DNA from: Bilabrum cf. latius | Lineage: Eukaryota | Direction of reading: 5' to 3' | Assembly: GCA_965178125.1 (NCBI GenBank) | Contig: OZ237760.1 | Span: 744,001 to 808,000 of the forward strand | Length of the DNA stretch: 64,000 bases | Part shown: positions 26,176 through 38,695 of the stretch, one piece after another | Layout of the letters: every line of letters begins with the position of its first letter | Position numbering within the stretch: the stretch's first letter is position 1 | Notes under the pieces: model-generated | The model's database searches: none | What the model saw: only the letters and a program-made list of their open reading frames with translations | Told to the model about the DNA's origin: nothing | Position numbers and translations under genes: made by a program

Positions 26176-28218
26176 ATGAGACGAGGCTTGATGTTGACAG
26201 TGGTAATAACTTACCTGCTAGCCAGCTTTACTAGGTCACAAGTTACGATTGACCCCACAGTGGCTCGATTTGTAGAGCAGGCACGCACTTCAGTTAGCGC
26301 GATCGCGACAGAAGCGAAGCGGCTGTACGACAATCGGTGCGACGCGCAGTGCTCTGAATGCGTTATTAATGCCTGCAGGTCTGGCTTTCGCGGGCAGCCC
26401 GAGGACGAGCAGTGCTTGCTGCAATTCTCGACGTCTTCAGTATGCCCGGCTCCCGGCCAGACGCTGCTGCCCGACGTGTCCGCTGTCCGGATTGCCGAAG
26501 GGGTAGAGCTAGACCCATCCGTAGATGCGGGCGCTTTGGAAGACGCTTGCACGTACAGCGACCTCTCGTCGACCTTCCAGAGCAACTTCAACGCCCTGCC
26601 TGACGTCCGCTGGCAGTACTTTGCGACCGTGCAGGGCGTGCATAGGACCTATCCAGCCAAGCTCTGGAGCATCAGCGGCGAGGACACGTGCAACCCGTAT
26701 GACCCGCGCCGCCGCCCGTGGTTCGTGTCCGCCGCGTCGGGCCCGAAGAACGTGATTTTGCTGCTCGACGACAGCAGCAGCATGGGCATCGTTGACGAGG
26801 GCGAGTCCAAGCAGAGGATGCAGCTCGCAGCAGAGGCGGCAGCAGACGTTCTCTCCACACTCACGTCGAGCGATTTCTTCGCTGTGCTCCGTTTCTCGGA
26901 CCGGATCACCTCCTGGAGCACCGAGGGGACCACTGGCATGGTGCGGGCCACGGATGCTCACCGCGCCGCCGCGCTGGCCTGGGTGAGGGACACGAGGCCG
27001 CAGGGGTCCAGGACCTCATTTGCGATGGGGATTCAAGAGGCCGTGAGGCAGCTGGACGAGGCCATCGCCAACGATTTCGAGAATACTCGTCACACCAACT
27101 GCCTGAGCACCGTCGTGATGCTCACAGACGGCCAGGCCCAGGACGGTGACGGGGCCGTGGAGGCCGCCGCGCAATTGCGGAACCGGGACCCGCAGACCAT
27201 CCTATTCACCTACTCGTTCGGGGAGTCCGCCGCGGCGCAGGACCGCGACAACATCGGGAAGCAGATGGCCTGCGCAGGGGGCGGCCTCTGGCTGGGCGTG
27301 CCCGGCAGCAGCTCGCTGGCCAGCGCCATGTCGCAGTACTACCAGTTCGTGGCCGGGCTGCAGGCGGATCGCTCGGGTGCTATTGTGTGGTCCGACTTGA
27401 TTATCGACGCCAGTGGGCTGGGCCTGTCGGTGGTTGCAACCGCACCCGTGTACTCGGACGACGGCGTGCTGGTGGGGGTGGCGGGGACGGACCTCGCCAT
27501 TGACGACCTGGGTGGAGACAGCGCGAACCTGAATCTGCTGACGTTTCTCAGGGACAGGTCCAGCCAGTGCGCGGCCGTTGTTCCCTCAGAATGCCTGCTC
27601 CAGCGGCTCCGTCAGGCCGCGGCCCGGCGTGTTGGAGGCAGGAACATGCAGGACAGCAGCATCTGCTCCTTCTCCACCAATGCATCCCACCCCCTCTACG
27701 CGCCGGCTCTGGACAACTGCACCGCGGCAGGGAACAGCACAGGCACTGGCAGCGCCGCTGGGTGCCCCGACGGCCGCCCAAGGGCCCGCCTGTGCCCCGG
27801 CGAGGACATCAACCTCGAGCTGTTCAAGCAGGGGGCCTGCTGCGGCGAGCCCAAGGACGAGAATGAGCTGCCGGTGGCCGTGGTGGTGGTGGTGGTGGTG
27901 GTGTGCGCGCTGGTGGTGGCAGTGGCGGTTTGGGGCTGGTGCGCGGGCTGGTGCGAGGGCGAGGGCGACGGCAGCGCGCATCCAAGAGGGCGGGGCAACG
28001 GGAAGGTGTCACCTAGAACCGCGGCTGCGATGCAGCACGTGTCGGGGGGACGCATGGTCGCTGATGACCCGAGGCACGGCGGTTCCAACCAGCCAGGGGG
28101 AGGTGGCCAGCCCGGGTACCAGGGGCAGAGCCAGAGCCAGAGCCAGCAGGGACCTGGGTTTGGGGTATCTAGCAGTAGCGGGGCCCAGTGGAGTGACGGA
28201 CACTAGGGGTATGCCTAA
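26176..28218 (+). CDS. VWA + Cache-domain type I membrane protein (calcium channel alpha2-delta / CACHD1-like)
   Basis: Signal peptide, WQYFAT, YDPRRRPWFVSAASGPKNVILLLDDSSSM, MLTDG, LVGVAGTD and a poly-Val TM segment. TAG at 28204, then GYA and TAA 28216-28218. Confidence 0.85.
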
Positions 28219-28278
28219 GTGAATGGGGATGGGAGTCGGGAGTGACTACAGCGATGTGATGCATCTGGGGCTGCTGCT

Positions 28279-28435
28279 TAGAACACTGTGGACAAGGGCT
28301 CAGTGGATCTACTCACACAGGCGAATAGTATAGAACACTGTGGACAAGGGCTCAGTGGATCTACTCACACAGGCGAATAGTATAGAACACTGTGGACAAG
28401 GGCTCAGTGGATCTACTCACACAGGCGAATAGTAT
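28279..28435. repeat. Perfect 52-bp tandem repeat, 3 copies
   Basis: TAGAACACTGTGGACAAGGGCTCAGTGGATCTACTCACACAGGCGAATAGTA starts at 28279, 28331 and 28383. Confidence 0.95.
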
Positions 28436-28589
28436 TCATGCCGGGTAGAGGCGTGGGGCTATAGGTAGCCGGGTCGCTTGCAGGGCTGCTCCTTTGAGCG
28501 CCTCGCAGCGCGGCAACTGCACACCTGAACGCCTGAGTGGTGTGGAGGTGGAGGCCATTGAAATGTTTGTGCGCTGTCCGCAGGACACC

Positions 28590-28652
28590 AGTGATCAACT
28601 TGCTCGGCTAAGGATCCGGAGTGATAAACTTGCTCGGCTAAGGATCCGGAGT
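28590..28652. repeat. 30-bp tandem duplication
   Basis: AGTGATmAACTTGCTCGGCTAAGGATCCGG twice. Confidence 0.85.
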
Positions 28653-28710
28653 ACTTTGAAACACACACGCACATGGGCCAACGTCATCGTTTCACTCGCG
28701 CCTGCCTATC

Positions 28711-29895
28711 TCAAGCCTTACCTGCGGATACCCCCTGACCCTGACCCTGCCCAGCGAGCGCCCTGGCCGCCTGCAGCCCCTCCCTCTCCTGCTCCAGCCG
28801 CTTTGACCACCTCGACCGCTCCTCCTCGATGATGCCTTCCAGCTCCCCGATCCTTCCCACCAGCGCCCCGGCCTTGCGCTCCCCATCCGACAGCCTCTGG
28901 CCTAGCTCGGCCACCGAGGACTGCAGCTGCCTGTACGTCGCGCTCCTCTTCTGCATGGCTTGCTTGAACCACTCGTCGTGAGACTCGAACAGGTGGGCAA
29001 ACTCGTCACTGTGCATGGCCTCCAGCTGCGCAGACGGATCCGCACGCGAGGGAACAAGGGCACCCCCCCCAACCAGAGCCAGGGAGGAGGAGGAGGGCTG
29101 ACCTGGGGCGGCGCCGCGCGACGGCACCGCGCTGTGCGGAACCAGCCCGCTGGCCCCGGGGCTCATGCCGAACCCCGATCCGATTCCGCTGCCGCCCAGA
29201 CCGCCCCCCGCCCCCGCTCTGGCCTCCCCGGCTGGCCCGGCGGATCCCAGCTGCGAGCGACTGAGTCCGGCCCCCGCGCCAGAAGCACCCAGTGAGCTGG
29301 CTCCGCCTTGCTGCCCGGGGGAGTCCGGGCCAGACACACCGAGGCCGCCAGAGTCGCTACCTGCGCCCGGTGGGGACAGTGGGGTTGCCGTGGAGTGCCC
29401 CCCCGCTGGTGCTGCAGCGGCCTCGCCGCCGGTGCCAGCGGTGGACGGGCCGGCGCTCTGCTCCGCACCTGCACCCGACCATTCCGCCGCTCCATTCCCA
29501 GCAGACTCGGGAAGCTAGGGTGCTTCCGAGGTGGATCCTATCAGCTGTTCTGTGGGAGCAAGGAACTCCACGGGGACGAATCCTACCTTGCTCGCATCGC
29601 TCAGGGACTAGACTCGCGCCCACCCGTCCGGCTCCCCCGACTGTCCGTCCTCATCGTCTGCAGTGGAGCGAGAAAAATAGTCACCAGACAATAATCTTTC
29701 AAACTAATGCGCGCACGAGCTCTGCTAAGGACACGGGAAGATGGCATTAGACGCCAACGGAAGGATTCGTGTCTCACCTCGTGGAAGCGCAACCAAGACA
29801 TGCCCCTCCTCAACCGAAATCTCCCCCTCTCCTTCGGCCGTAAAGGGAAACTATACAGTGTAAACTCGCCCAGGCTCTGCAGTCGATTGCGCCAT
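28711..29895 (-). CDS. SH3 domain + C-terminal coiled-coil protein
   Basis: Exon 29895-29778 (VYTV*FPFTAEGEGEISVEEG), intron 29777-29658, then GWARV*SLSDASKVGFVPVEFL. TAG at 29851, 29608 and 29515; TGA 28711. Confidence 0.8.
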
Positions 29896-30026
29896 GGCTA
29901 GATTGCAGAGGTTTGGATCGCTTGCACCCGGACATAATGTTGCGAGTAGTTAAAACCATTTTCTCGGTTTCCGGATCGGATCGAACACCAGCCAGCCCAC
30001 GAAAGCATATTTGTGGGATTCTTGCC

Positions 30027-31229
30027 ATGGCAGACAGCATCCTGACCAAGTGAGGCTAAATCATAAATATTGATACTAATAAAAACCTGTTGGACCGCTG
30101 CTTTACCCGTGGTTTCCAGAGGAACGATCGAACGAGCCGGAGGTTGCCGTAGCTCTGGCATTGCTGCCAGTCCTAGCGGCTGTGTGCCAGGTGGAATTAT
30201 AAAGCACAAAAGTAGCCCAACCCAATCGATACTATCATATGTTTTCAATCTAATCGTCGTTTTGCAGGGGCCGCGATGAGGACCTGAAGGCTCTGATTGC
30301 CGCCAAGGCCCACCTGGGCACGCGCAACACTAACTACCAGATGCGCCCTTACGTCTGGCGTCGCTCCACCGACGGTGAGTAGTTGCATCAGCATGTTGTA
30401 CCCGTCCGATTGGCGGGATATCGTGGTGGAGTGCGTACTTGACGCGTTCTAGTGTCGCTGCAGCCACCGGCAACTCTTCCCGTCTTTCCTCGATCTGTAC
30501 GCCGCAGGCACCCACATCATCAACGTGGGCCGCACTTGGGAGAAGATCCAGCTGGCTGCCCGCATCATCGTGGCCGTGGAGAACCCCGCCGACGTGGTCG
30601 CCATCGGTGCCCGCCCCGTGGCCCAGCGCGCCGTGCTCAAGTTCGCCAAGTACACTGGCGCTCTGTCCATGGCCGGCCGGTACACCCCCGGCACGTTCAC
30701 TAACCAGATCACCAAGAAGTACCGCGAGCCCCGCGTGCTGGTGGTCACCGACCCCTACTAGGATGCCCAGCCCATCCGTGAGGCCGCCTACTCGAACGTG
30801 GTGGTGATCGGCTTCTGCAACAGCGACTCCCCCGTGCGCAACGTGGACGTGGCCATCCCCGCCAACAACAAGAACAGGCTTTCCATCGGCCTCGTGTTCT
30901 GGCTGCTGGCCCGCGAGGTGAACCGCCTGCGCGGCACCGTCTCCCGCGAGGACAAGTGGGACGTGCCCGTTGACCTCTTCTTCTACCGCGACCCCGAGGA
31001 GATCAAGGCCATCGAGGAGGCCGAGAAGAAGGCCGCCGAGGAGGCCGCCGCCGGTGAGGTGGATTGGGATGACGCCGAGGCTGGGGAGGGCTTCGACGCC
31101 GAGGGCGCCGATGGCGAGGCCGCGGCCGGCGGAGCCGACGCTGCTCCCGCCGCTGACGAGTGGGACGCTGGCGCCGGGGCCGGCTGGGAGGAGGGCGGCG
31201 ACGCCGTTGCCGCTGAGTTCACTTCCTGA
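30027..31229 (+). CDS. RPSA: 40S ribosomal protein SA (uS2)
   Basis: Exons 30027-30049, 30268-30374 and 30508-31229. [67 protein letters not shown] at 30759; TGA stop. Confidence 0.97.
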
Positions 31230-31457
31230 GTGATGTTAGGATTGTGAGATGCGGATAGGTTGCGTGGTGCGGGTCGTAGCGCATGCCGGGGGTGAGGCGC
31301 AGTCAATGTGCTGTGCGGAGCTTTTCGGATTGAACCATATACGCTCGTTCCACTTAGCAATTATTTGATGTGCCTCATGCATGCAGGGTGATTCAGATTA
31401 CATCCACTGGCAAGCAAATTACATTCAACATAGCTTGGCTGGCGCCTCGAGACGCAC

Positions 31458-34400
31458 TCAGTCGTCTGCCGCGGACATCCATTCCACTGCATCCCTAGCA
31501 CGCTGCAATGTATCGATGTCCCTAATTTCACTAGTCCAGGTGCTCGCGATACTGGTCAGCTTTCCCATGGGGCGACGAAGCGCTTGCCGAACGCTTTGCT
31601 GCACCCAAGCGGCCATTCCGTCGCCGGACCCGACCGTCCCCACTAGCGCCCAGGCGTCCTGCACCAGCCGGCCGCACGGTCCAGTCCGCCCAGCGCCGAG
31701 CACTTGCGCGCGAGCGAGCAATTTGGCGGCGGCGCCCCGCTGCAGCACGGCGAGCCGCTCCCAACCGGCGCCCGCGGAGGGTCCAAGCGCCGACTGCCGC
31801 GCCTGGCGGATTGCATCCGCGCCACCCCGCGCGCTCGCCGCCCCACCTCCAGCCCCACCCCCATCATTTGCTCCTCCGGCTCGCAGAAAGGCCTCGGCCA
31901 GCCCCGTGTCCAGCAGCGCCTGCACCCATCGCCGACCACCAACCGCCTCCTGGATGCTGGCACGGGGCTCAGCACGAGGCCGGGCATGAGGCTCGCCAGC
32001 AGTGGCACGGGGCTCAGCACGAGGCCGGGCATGAGGCTCGCCAGCAGTGGCACGGGGCTCAGCACGAGGCCGGGCATGAGGCTCGCCAGCAGTGGCACGG
32101 GGCTCAGCACGAGGCCGGGCATGAGGCTCGCCAGCAGTGGCACGGGGCTCAGCACGAGGCCGGGCATGAGGCTCGCCAGCAGTGGCACGGGGCTCAGCAC
32201 GAGGCCGGGCATGAGGCTCGCCAGCAGTGGCACGGGGCTCAGCACGAGGCCGGGCATGAGGCTCGCCAGCAGTGGCACGGGGCACTGGGGGGTGCGCCTC
32301 TGTGGGTGCAGGAGCTCCAGCCCCCGAGGATGGTTGTTCGCTGGAGCTCAGCGAACCTTCGCTGGGTCCTGTCCCCGGGCTGTGCGCCGCCTTGTCCGCT
32401 CCCGCCTCGAGAAGGCGATCGGACGCTTCCTGGGCCCGCACTGCAATGCGGTGCAGCTCCGCCGCTGGCCCGGGGCACACAGCGAGCAGCAGCCCCCACG
32501 CGACTTCCTCTTTCTCCTCCTCGCTACCATCTTCATCTTCGTTACCGTCTCCTCGACCCATCGAAAGCGCGGTCGTCGCAGCAGCAACCCCACGGCGGCG
32601 AGGCGACAGGAACAGGGCGCCGCCGTCCGCACTCGTCACACTAGATGCCCCCACCAACGCCCCCTGCCCGCTGCCACTCGCTCCTGCCGCCAGCTGCAGA
32701 AGCGGAACCAGCGCATGCGCGGCGCCGGCGGCATCCGCAGCCAGCGCCCCGAGCCCTGCGCTCACCTGTCGAGCCAACGCACCGCTTTGTGCCCCTGCCT
32801 CTGCCTCACCCGCAGAGCCTCTATCCCCTGCAGCATCAGCCACCGCGGCGGGACCCATGGAAAGAGCCTCGGCGAGCGCCCGGGCGACGGCCCCTGCCAC
32901 GGCCGCGGCTGCCTGTGCCTGCGCACCGCCCTCTGTGGGCAGCGCCGCCAGCCCGAGTCGGGCCACGTCCTCCGATGTGGCCCGGAGCTCCTGCAGCCAC
33001 GCTGCCGGTTCCGCTACCCCACGCAGCAAATGCGCGGCGCCCGCCTCGCCACCGCCGGCATCGCTTCCACTGCCGGTCGATTGCTTCGCAGCTCTCGCAA
33101 CGGCTGCCCGGATGCGGACGAACGCGCGGGGGATCTGGCGGCGGAGTCGGGTCACAGCGCGGTGAAGACGAGGCAGCAGCAACAGGGCCGCGGCGCCGCG
33201 CATTGCGGAACTTGCGGCTTGGATCGGGGCTGCCACGTGAAAGCCCCCCGCCGGACCCACCCGCGCACCCGGGAAGCCACCCTGGGGTGCACTCGCCACA
33301 CCTCCCTACGGTCCCGCATCGACGGATGTCTCAGGCAGGAGGGTCCACGCAGCCACGCCTCCCCCGCTGCTGCCTCCCGCAAACTCCAGCCACCTCTTGG
33401 CAATCGTCACACTGTCCCCGCTGATCGCAACCCCTCCGCTCCCAGCTGCACTGGCCCCGCTGCCGCCAGTGCCAGTGCCAGTGCCAGTGCCAGCGGTAGT
33501 AGCTATTGTTCCCTGGTGGGAGCCCACCCGCTCCAGCGCCGCCAGGGATGCTCGCCCCAGGGATGCATCGCACTGCAGCACGCGGGCCGCCAGCTGCAGC
33601 TGCAGCTTCGCTCGAGCCTCTTGCCCCTGCCCCTGCCCCTGCCCCGTCCCTGCCACGCCTGCGCCAGGCCCAGCATCAAGCGGCAGCAGTGGGAGCCCGC
33701 GCACCAGCAGCCGTGCCGTCATTGCGGAACATGCTGCCGCGCACCCTTCCGCCGCGAGGGACGCGCCCAGCCACGGAGAGAACGCGCAGGAAGCGCGCAT
33801 CGTGCGGGCGGCCGGGCCCAGGTCACTCGTCACACTTGAGCAGCGCGCGAGCATCGGGATCCACGGATTGCCGCCAGCGCCACGGTCGCCAGCGGCTGAG
33901 CTGGCTCCAATATCGCCCCCAGTGTCCCCATCCCCGCCGCTCTCCGAGTCTGGGCTGCCCACCTGCATCAGCGCGCGGGGCAGCTCGGTGGCTTCGAAAA
34001 TCGATTCCGGGTCCATGTCCAGCCCCGCGCCGGCTCCACCCCTCGGTCCCCCCGGAGGAGCGCCGCTCGCGGCCTGCAGCCGAGTCACCGGCCCCTGACC
34101 CTTCCACTCCTCCCCTGCCTCCGCGCGTCCTCCCTCCTCCCCCTCCTCCCCCTTCTCCTACTACTGCTCCCTCCCCCTCCTGCCAGCTGCAGCCCCGGCC
34201 GCACCCATGGCAGCACCCTCTCGCACCAACGAGAGCACCCTTGACAGTCCCTCTAGCGGCGGCCCAGCCTCAGCGGGCCACGCCGAGACAGACTGCAGCA
34301 GCTCAGCACCCAGTGCCCTGCCCAGGGCGGCCACCTGGGCGTAGGCGGGGGCACTGGCGCCCGACGATGATGACGATGACGTGGACGACGGGGCGAACGG

Positions 34401-37136
34401 GGAGGAGGAGGACGAGGCCGCGGGAGTGCTGGCGGACCCTACCCCCACACCGGACAGTCCCACCGCCTGTGCCCCCACAGCCCCGCCAGCTCGCTCGGCC
34501 CCGGCCACTGCTCTCACCGCCCATGCGTGGGTCAATTTCAGCGCCGCACGTGCTCCCGCCCTGGTTGCAACCGCCGCCATGGGCATCCTAAGCATCGCAA
34601 CTGCCACAACCGCCTGCCGATCCAGATCCGGATCCAGGTCCAGACCCAGATCCGTTCCATGAATGGATGCTCCCGGGGGCTCCCATCCACCGGCTCCTCG
34701 CAGCATGGACCCTGCCGCAGCCGCCCACCCCGCGCCGCTGCCCTCCCTGCACGCCCCGAGGGCCTCCTCCACCAGCCTGCTCTCCAGCTCCGCGGCGCCT
34801 GCGGAACTGGGCGCGCAGGCATCGGCCAGGGACCGCAGCCTGGCCGCGGCCCTGTTCCCCGCGGAGAGTGTAGGTCCCTCCAGCGCCCCCGCAAGGAGGG
34901 CCCTCTCCACGGAGGTGCCCCCAACAGGGTGCGAGTCGGCCCAGGCACCCAGGAGTGCCGCGAGGTGTGACGAGTGGGATGGGGTGGACGGGGCCACGGC
35001 GCCTGAGCCGGTTGCCATTGAGCCCACCCGGCCGTTGCTGCACCGCATTGCCAAGCTCGGTGGCAGGGCGAGCCGTTTGGCCGCACCAACCCCTGTACCC
35101 CCACCCCCCCCACCACCACCACCGCCACCACCTGTCCTCGCTGATGCCGAGCCGGATAGACGGTCCAGCGCCGCGAGCAGCGCCCGCCGCACCCTCGGCA
35201 AAGATCCCTGCAGCACCTTGGCAGCCACAGTGGTGGTGGTCAAACCGGCGCTGCTTCCCTCGGTGGACCGAGTCAAGGCCCTGACCCACGAGGCGTCCGC
35301 GCTAGGCACACCAGCCAACGAGGAGGACGAGGACGAGGGGCTGCTACTCTGAGCCGTCGCGTCTCGGGCCACCTGCACCACGCGGGTGTCCGTCGGCTCT
35401 AGGACAGCGCCTGTCCCTGCCACGTCACTCGTCGCACGACTATCACCACCCGACGCGAGCCCCTCCGCCAGCACTCGCCGCAGCCCCGAGCATAGACACC
35501 GCCAGAAGAAGCCAAAGGGAGACTCAACGGAGACTGTCCCAGCCCCAGCCCTGACATGCGACCCCTAAACAGCCCCTGCCTATCCGTCGCCGACTTCACC
35601 TTCTTCCGATCCTAGTTCCAAATTTGTACCCTCCCGCGAAGTCAGGCAGGCCCTCCCACGCAGGCACAGCTGCAGCAGGGACATCTCTCCGCCTGCGTTG
35701 CTCAAACCCCCGAAGCTCCCACGCACCGCCATATCGCCACCCGCCCCCCTCAACCCAAGTTTAGAGCCACCCGCGCTCACACCCGCCCCGGCCGACGCCC
35801 TCGCCAGCACCCGCTGGAGGTGCCACACCCTGACCCCCGAGCGGTACAGCTTCTGGCACACGCCCTCCAGCTCCTGCCACACCCAGTCCTGGGGCTGGGC
35901 CTGGGGCTGGGCCTGGGGCTGGGCGGAGCCCCCGGCCACTGCACTCGTCACACCTCCCTCGTCCTTCCGCAGCAGCGCCTGCATCCCCGCGACCACCTGC
36001 GCCGCGGCCCTGCCTGCCTCGGCCAGCACGCACGCGGACAGCGCGTCGGCGGAGTCGCTGTCCGAGAGAGCTTCCCCGCTAGCGCCACCAGGGGGGGGAT
36101 TGCCCCCGGGTTGACCCCACGTCGGGGTCAGTCCCAGGGCAGCGATTCCCTGGCAGGCGCTGACGATCTCGCCGGGGGACAGCCGGTTGACCGCCGTTCC
36201 CAGCCGCGCGCGGAGACTGCCGTGCAGTGCAGTGCAGCAGCGCCGGACCCAGGGCCAGGCCTCTGCCACCGGGCGGAGCAGAGAGGCTCGCGGGGGTGAC
36301 CCGTGTGACGAGTGAGCCGCGGGGCAGGCGGCGACCGCCGCCCTCCGTGCGAGCGGGGCAAGTGCCTCTGCCCTCCTGCACTCCAGGGCGACCACGGCGA
36401 GCTCGTGCTGACGAGTGAACGACTGTGGGGCGAGGCCGGTGGCTGCCCCGTTGCTGAGCCCGGCCTCTCCTGCTGCCTCCGTCCCAGTTATCCCGCTGCT
36501 GCTGCCAGCAGCCGTGCTGCCGGTGCTCGCACTAGGCGAGGTGGCAGCGGCAGCGGCAGCCCCCTGGCTCCCGGCCTCGCCCACGCTGGACACCAGCTGC
36601 GTGATGGCGCGTGCCGCAGCTGCACCAGAGCGGGCAAGCACCGCGGCCCGATGCGCAACCCGCAGCCTGTTCGCGGCTTGGCGCAGCTGCCTCGCGGGAG
36701 CGAGCACGTGCGAGCGAAGCGGGGCGCAGGACTCGTGCAGACGCAGCGCAGAGTTGCGAGCCGAGGCGACCTACCGTCTTAGCTCGCCCGCCCTGGAAGC
36801 AGACTGGGCAAGTTCATTCCCTTGCGACGCCAAGGCGCCGCGAAGGCATTCCTGAAGCTGGGCATCCGCCTCGTCGAGCCGCTCCAGAGCGGATCTGGCA
36901 GCGACCGCCGCCTCATCCGAGCTTGGCTCCTTGCTGCCGTCTCCACCTAGCCTACATTGCAAGCTGTATTGAGATAGGTCGGCAACGGGGACATCCGACC
37001 GAGCGAGCCCCGTGGTTTCGGGCGCGGTCTGAAACGACTTCATCAAGTGCAACACTTTTGCCACTACATGCCAGTCCAACGATTTATCGGCCTTCCTGTC
37101 GGCTTCATTACTATGCGATGAGCCATATTGGTCCAT
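31458..37136 (-). CDS. COG5: Conserved oligomeric Golgi complex subunit 5-like (about 1890 aa, many low-complexity insertions)
   Basis: N-terminal coiled coil (LERLDEADAQLQECLR...LAPARQL...RLRVAHRAAVLAR), VWQELE...VWHLQRVLAR, FFWRCL. Five track ORFs join in one frame via TAG at 36771, 35580, 35565, 34161, 34158 and 33306; TGA 31458. Start uncertain. Confidence 0.7.
31958..32283. repeat. Coding minisatellite, 45-bp unit, about 7 copies (PRATAGEPHARPRAE)
   Basis: TGGCACGGGGCTCAGCACGAGGCCGGGCATGAGGCTCGCCAGCAG at a 45-bp period from 31958. Confidence 0.95.
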
Positions 37137-37326
37137 CGCTCTGCCCAGCGTAGTACCACAAGGACTATCTGTCCGAATCTTTGTCAATGATGAAAAGAGT
37201 TGAAATCGTGACGAGTGCATACGAAAGTACACGGTACAAGGTATTTGAGCGGCGCCGATGCATGGCGTCGTGTCCAGTTCACGAAGCTTTTTTCACCAGC
37301 TAGAACGGTTAATACTATTAATAAGT

Positions 37327-38411
37327 ATGGCAGGGTGAGTCTGAACTGGTGTGACCTGGCGTGGATCTGGCTGGTGTGCAATATACTGCGCCACGGCAGC
37401 TCTGCGATGCTTGCACATGGCTTGAGATTGCTCTCAGGTTGGCGATGCAGGCTCCGTTCAGCGGCAGGCCACGTCGCCCGTAATTTTGCGTGTTGTGTAT
37501 TTTGACTGAATTCATCGCGTCTCTACCGAGGTTGTCTGCTTCGCAACTGCTGCTAACGCTGCATTCCCAACATGCTCAGTCAAGCGAGCTGGAGCGGATC
37601 CATTGGTTCTATCCGTTCGAACGCGCCACATTTTCGCAGATATGATAGAGCAATCACAGTGTTCTCCCCAGACGGGCATTTGCAGCAGGTAGAGTACGCC
37701 ATGGAAGCAGTGAAGCGCGGGGCAGCGATCGTGGGAGTGCGTGGGAAAGGCACGGTGGTGCTTGCCGTGGAAAGGAAGAGCACTGCAAAGTTGCAGGACC
37801 CTCGCACAGTACACAAGATTTGCCTTTTGGATAGCCACCTAGCTCTCGCGTTCGCCGGGCTGCACGCGGACGCCCGCGTGCTGGTGAATCGCGCGAGGAT
37901 CGAGGCCCAGTCGCACCGCCTGGCGGTGGAAGACCGAGCCACCGTGGAATACATGTCCAAATACATCTCGGGCATCTAGCAGAAATACACGCAGACGGGC
38001 GGGCGCAGGCCCTTCGGGATTACGACCCTCCTGGCAGGCACGGACGTCGACGGTCGCCCGCGCCTGTTCCAGACCGACCCCGCGGGTGTCTCTAGCGAAT
38101 GGAAGGCCCAGGCGGCGGGCAGGAACGGGAAGACCCTCCGCGAGTTCCTTGAGGCGAATTACGAGGAGGATGCGTCGGAGGAGGACTGCTGCGTGCTGGC
38201 CTGCCGCACGCTGCTCGAGGTGGTGGATTCCGGCTCCGGATCGATCGAGCTGCTGGTGGTGAGGGAGGCAGCCGAGGGCGCGACCGCGGGCAAGGTGAGC
38301 ATGGTGCCAGAGGATAAGGTGAAGGAGTACGTGGAGGCGGCAGAGAAGGCGACGGAGGAGGCGGCGGGCAGCAGTGGGGCCGCGAGGCCGGCGGCAGGGG
38401 GGAGCTCCTGA
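37327..38411 (+). CDS. PSMA7: 20S proteasome subunit alpha type-7 (alpha4)
   Basis: Exon 37327-37334, intron 37335-37639. [61 protein letters not shown] at 37977; TGA stop. Confidence 0.97.
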
Positions 38412-38695
38412 GTCCGGAAGGGAAGGAGGAGAGGGGAGGGGGGAAGGGGGCGGGTCATTGCAGGACTAGACTGAGGATTGCCGGAATCGTTTGTGCTACC
38501 AGTGCGTACGCCATGTTTTGGTTTTCAGTTGTAGGTAACATCCATGCAAGTCCCAAATATGCCACCCACGGATACATGCTGCTGCCAGCCCAGCCAGCTG
38601 CTTTCCATCCGCACCAAACGATCTCCAGCAGCCCGACCACCACCACCCCCCCCCCCCACCCCCTCCAAAAGCAAGCATAGGATCTCGCAGGTCCA

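Noticed and set aside
28279-28435. 52-bp repeats as a possible CRISPR array
   Set aside because: The units are contiguous and identical, with no spacers and no cas genes. This is a simple minisatellite in a eukaryotic intergenic region.
7128-38411. CSE1, RPSA, PSMA7 and PA200 as pseudogenes because of internal stops
   Set aside because: All internal stops are TAG, there are no frameshifts, motifs stay intact downstream, and several genes are normally essential. Recoding explains this better.
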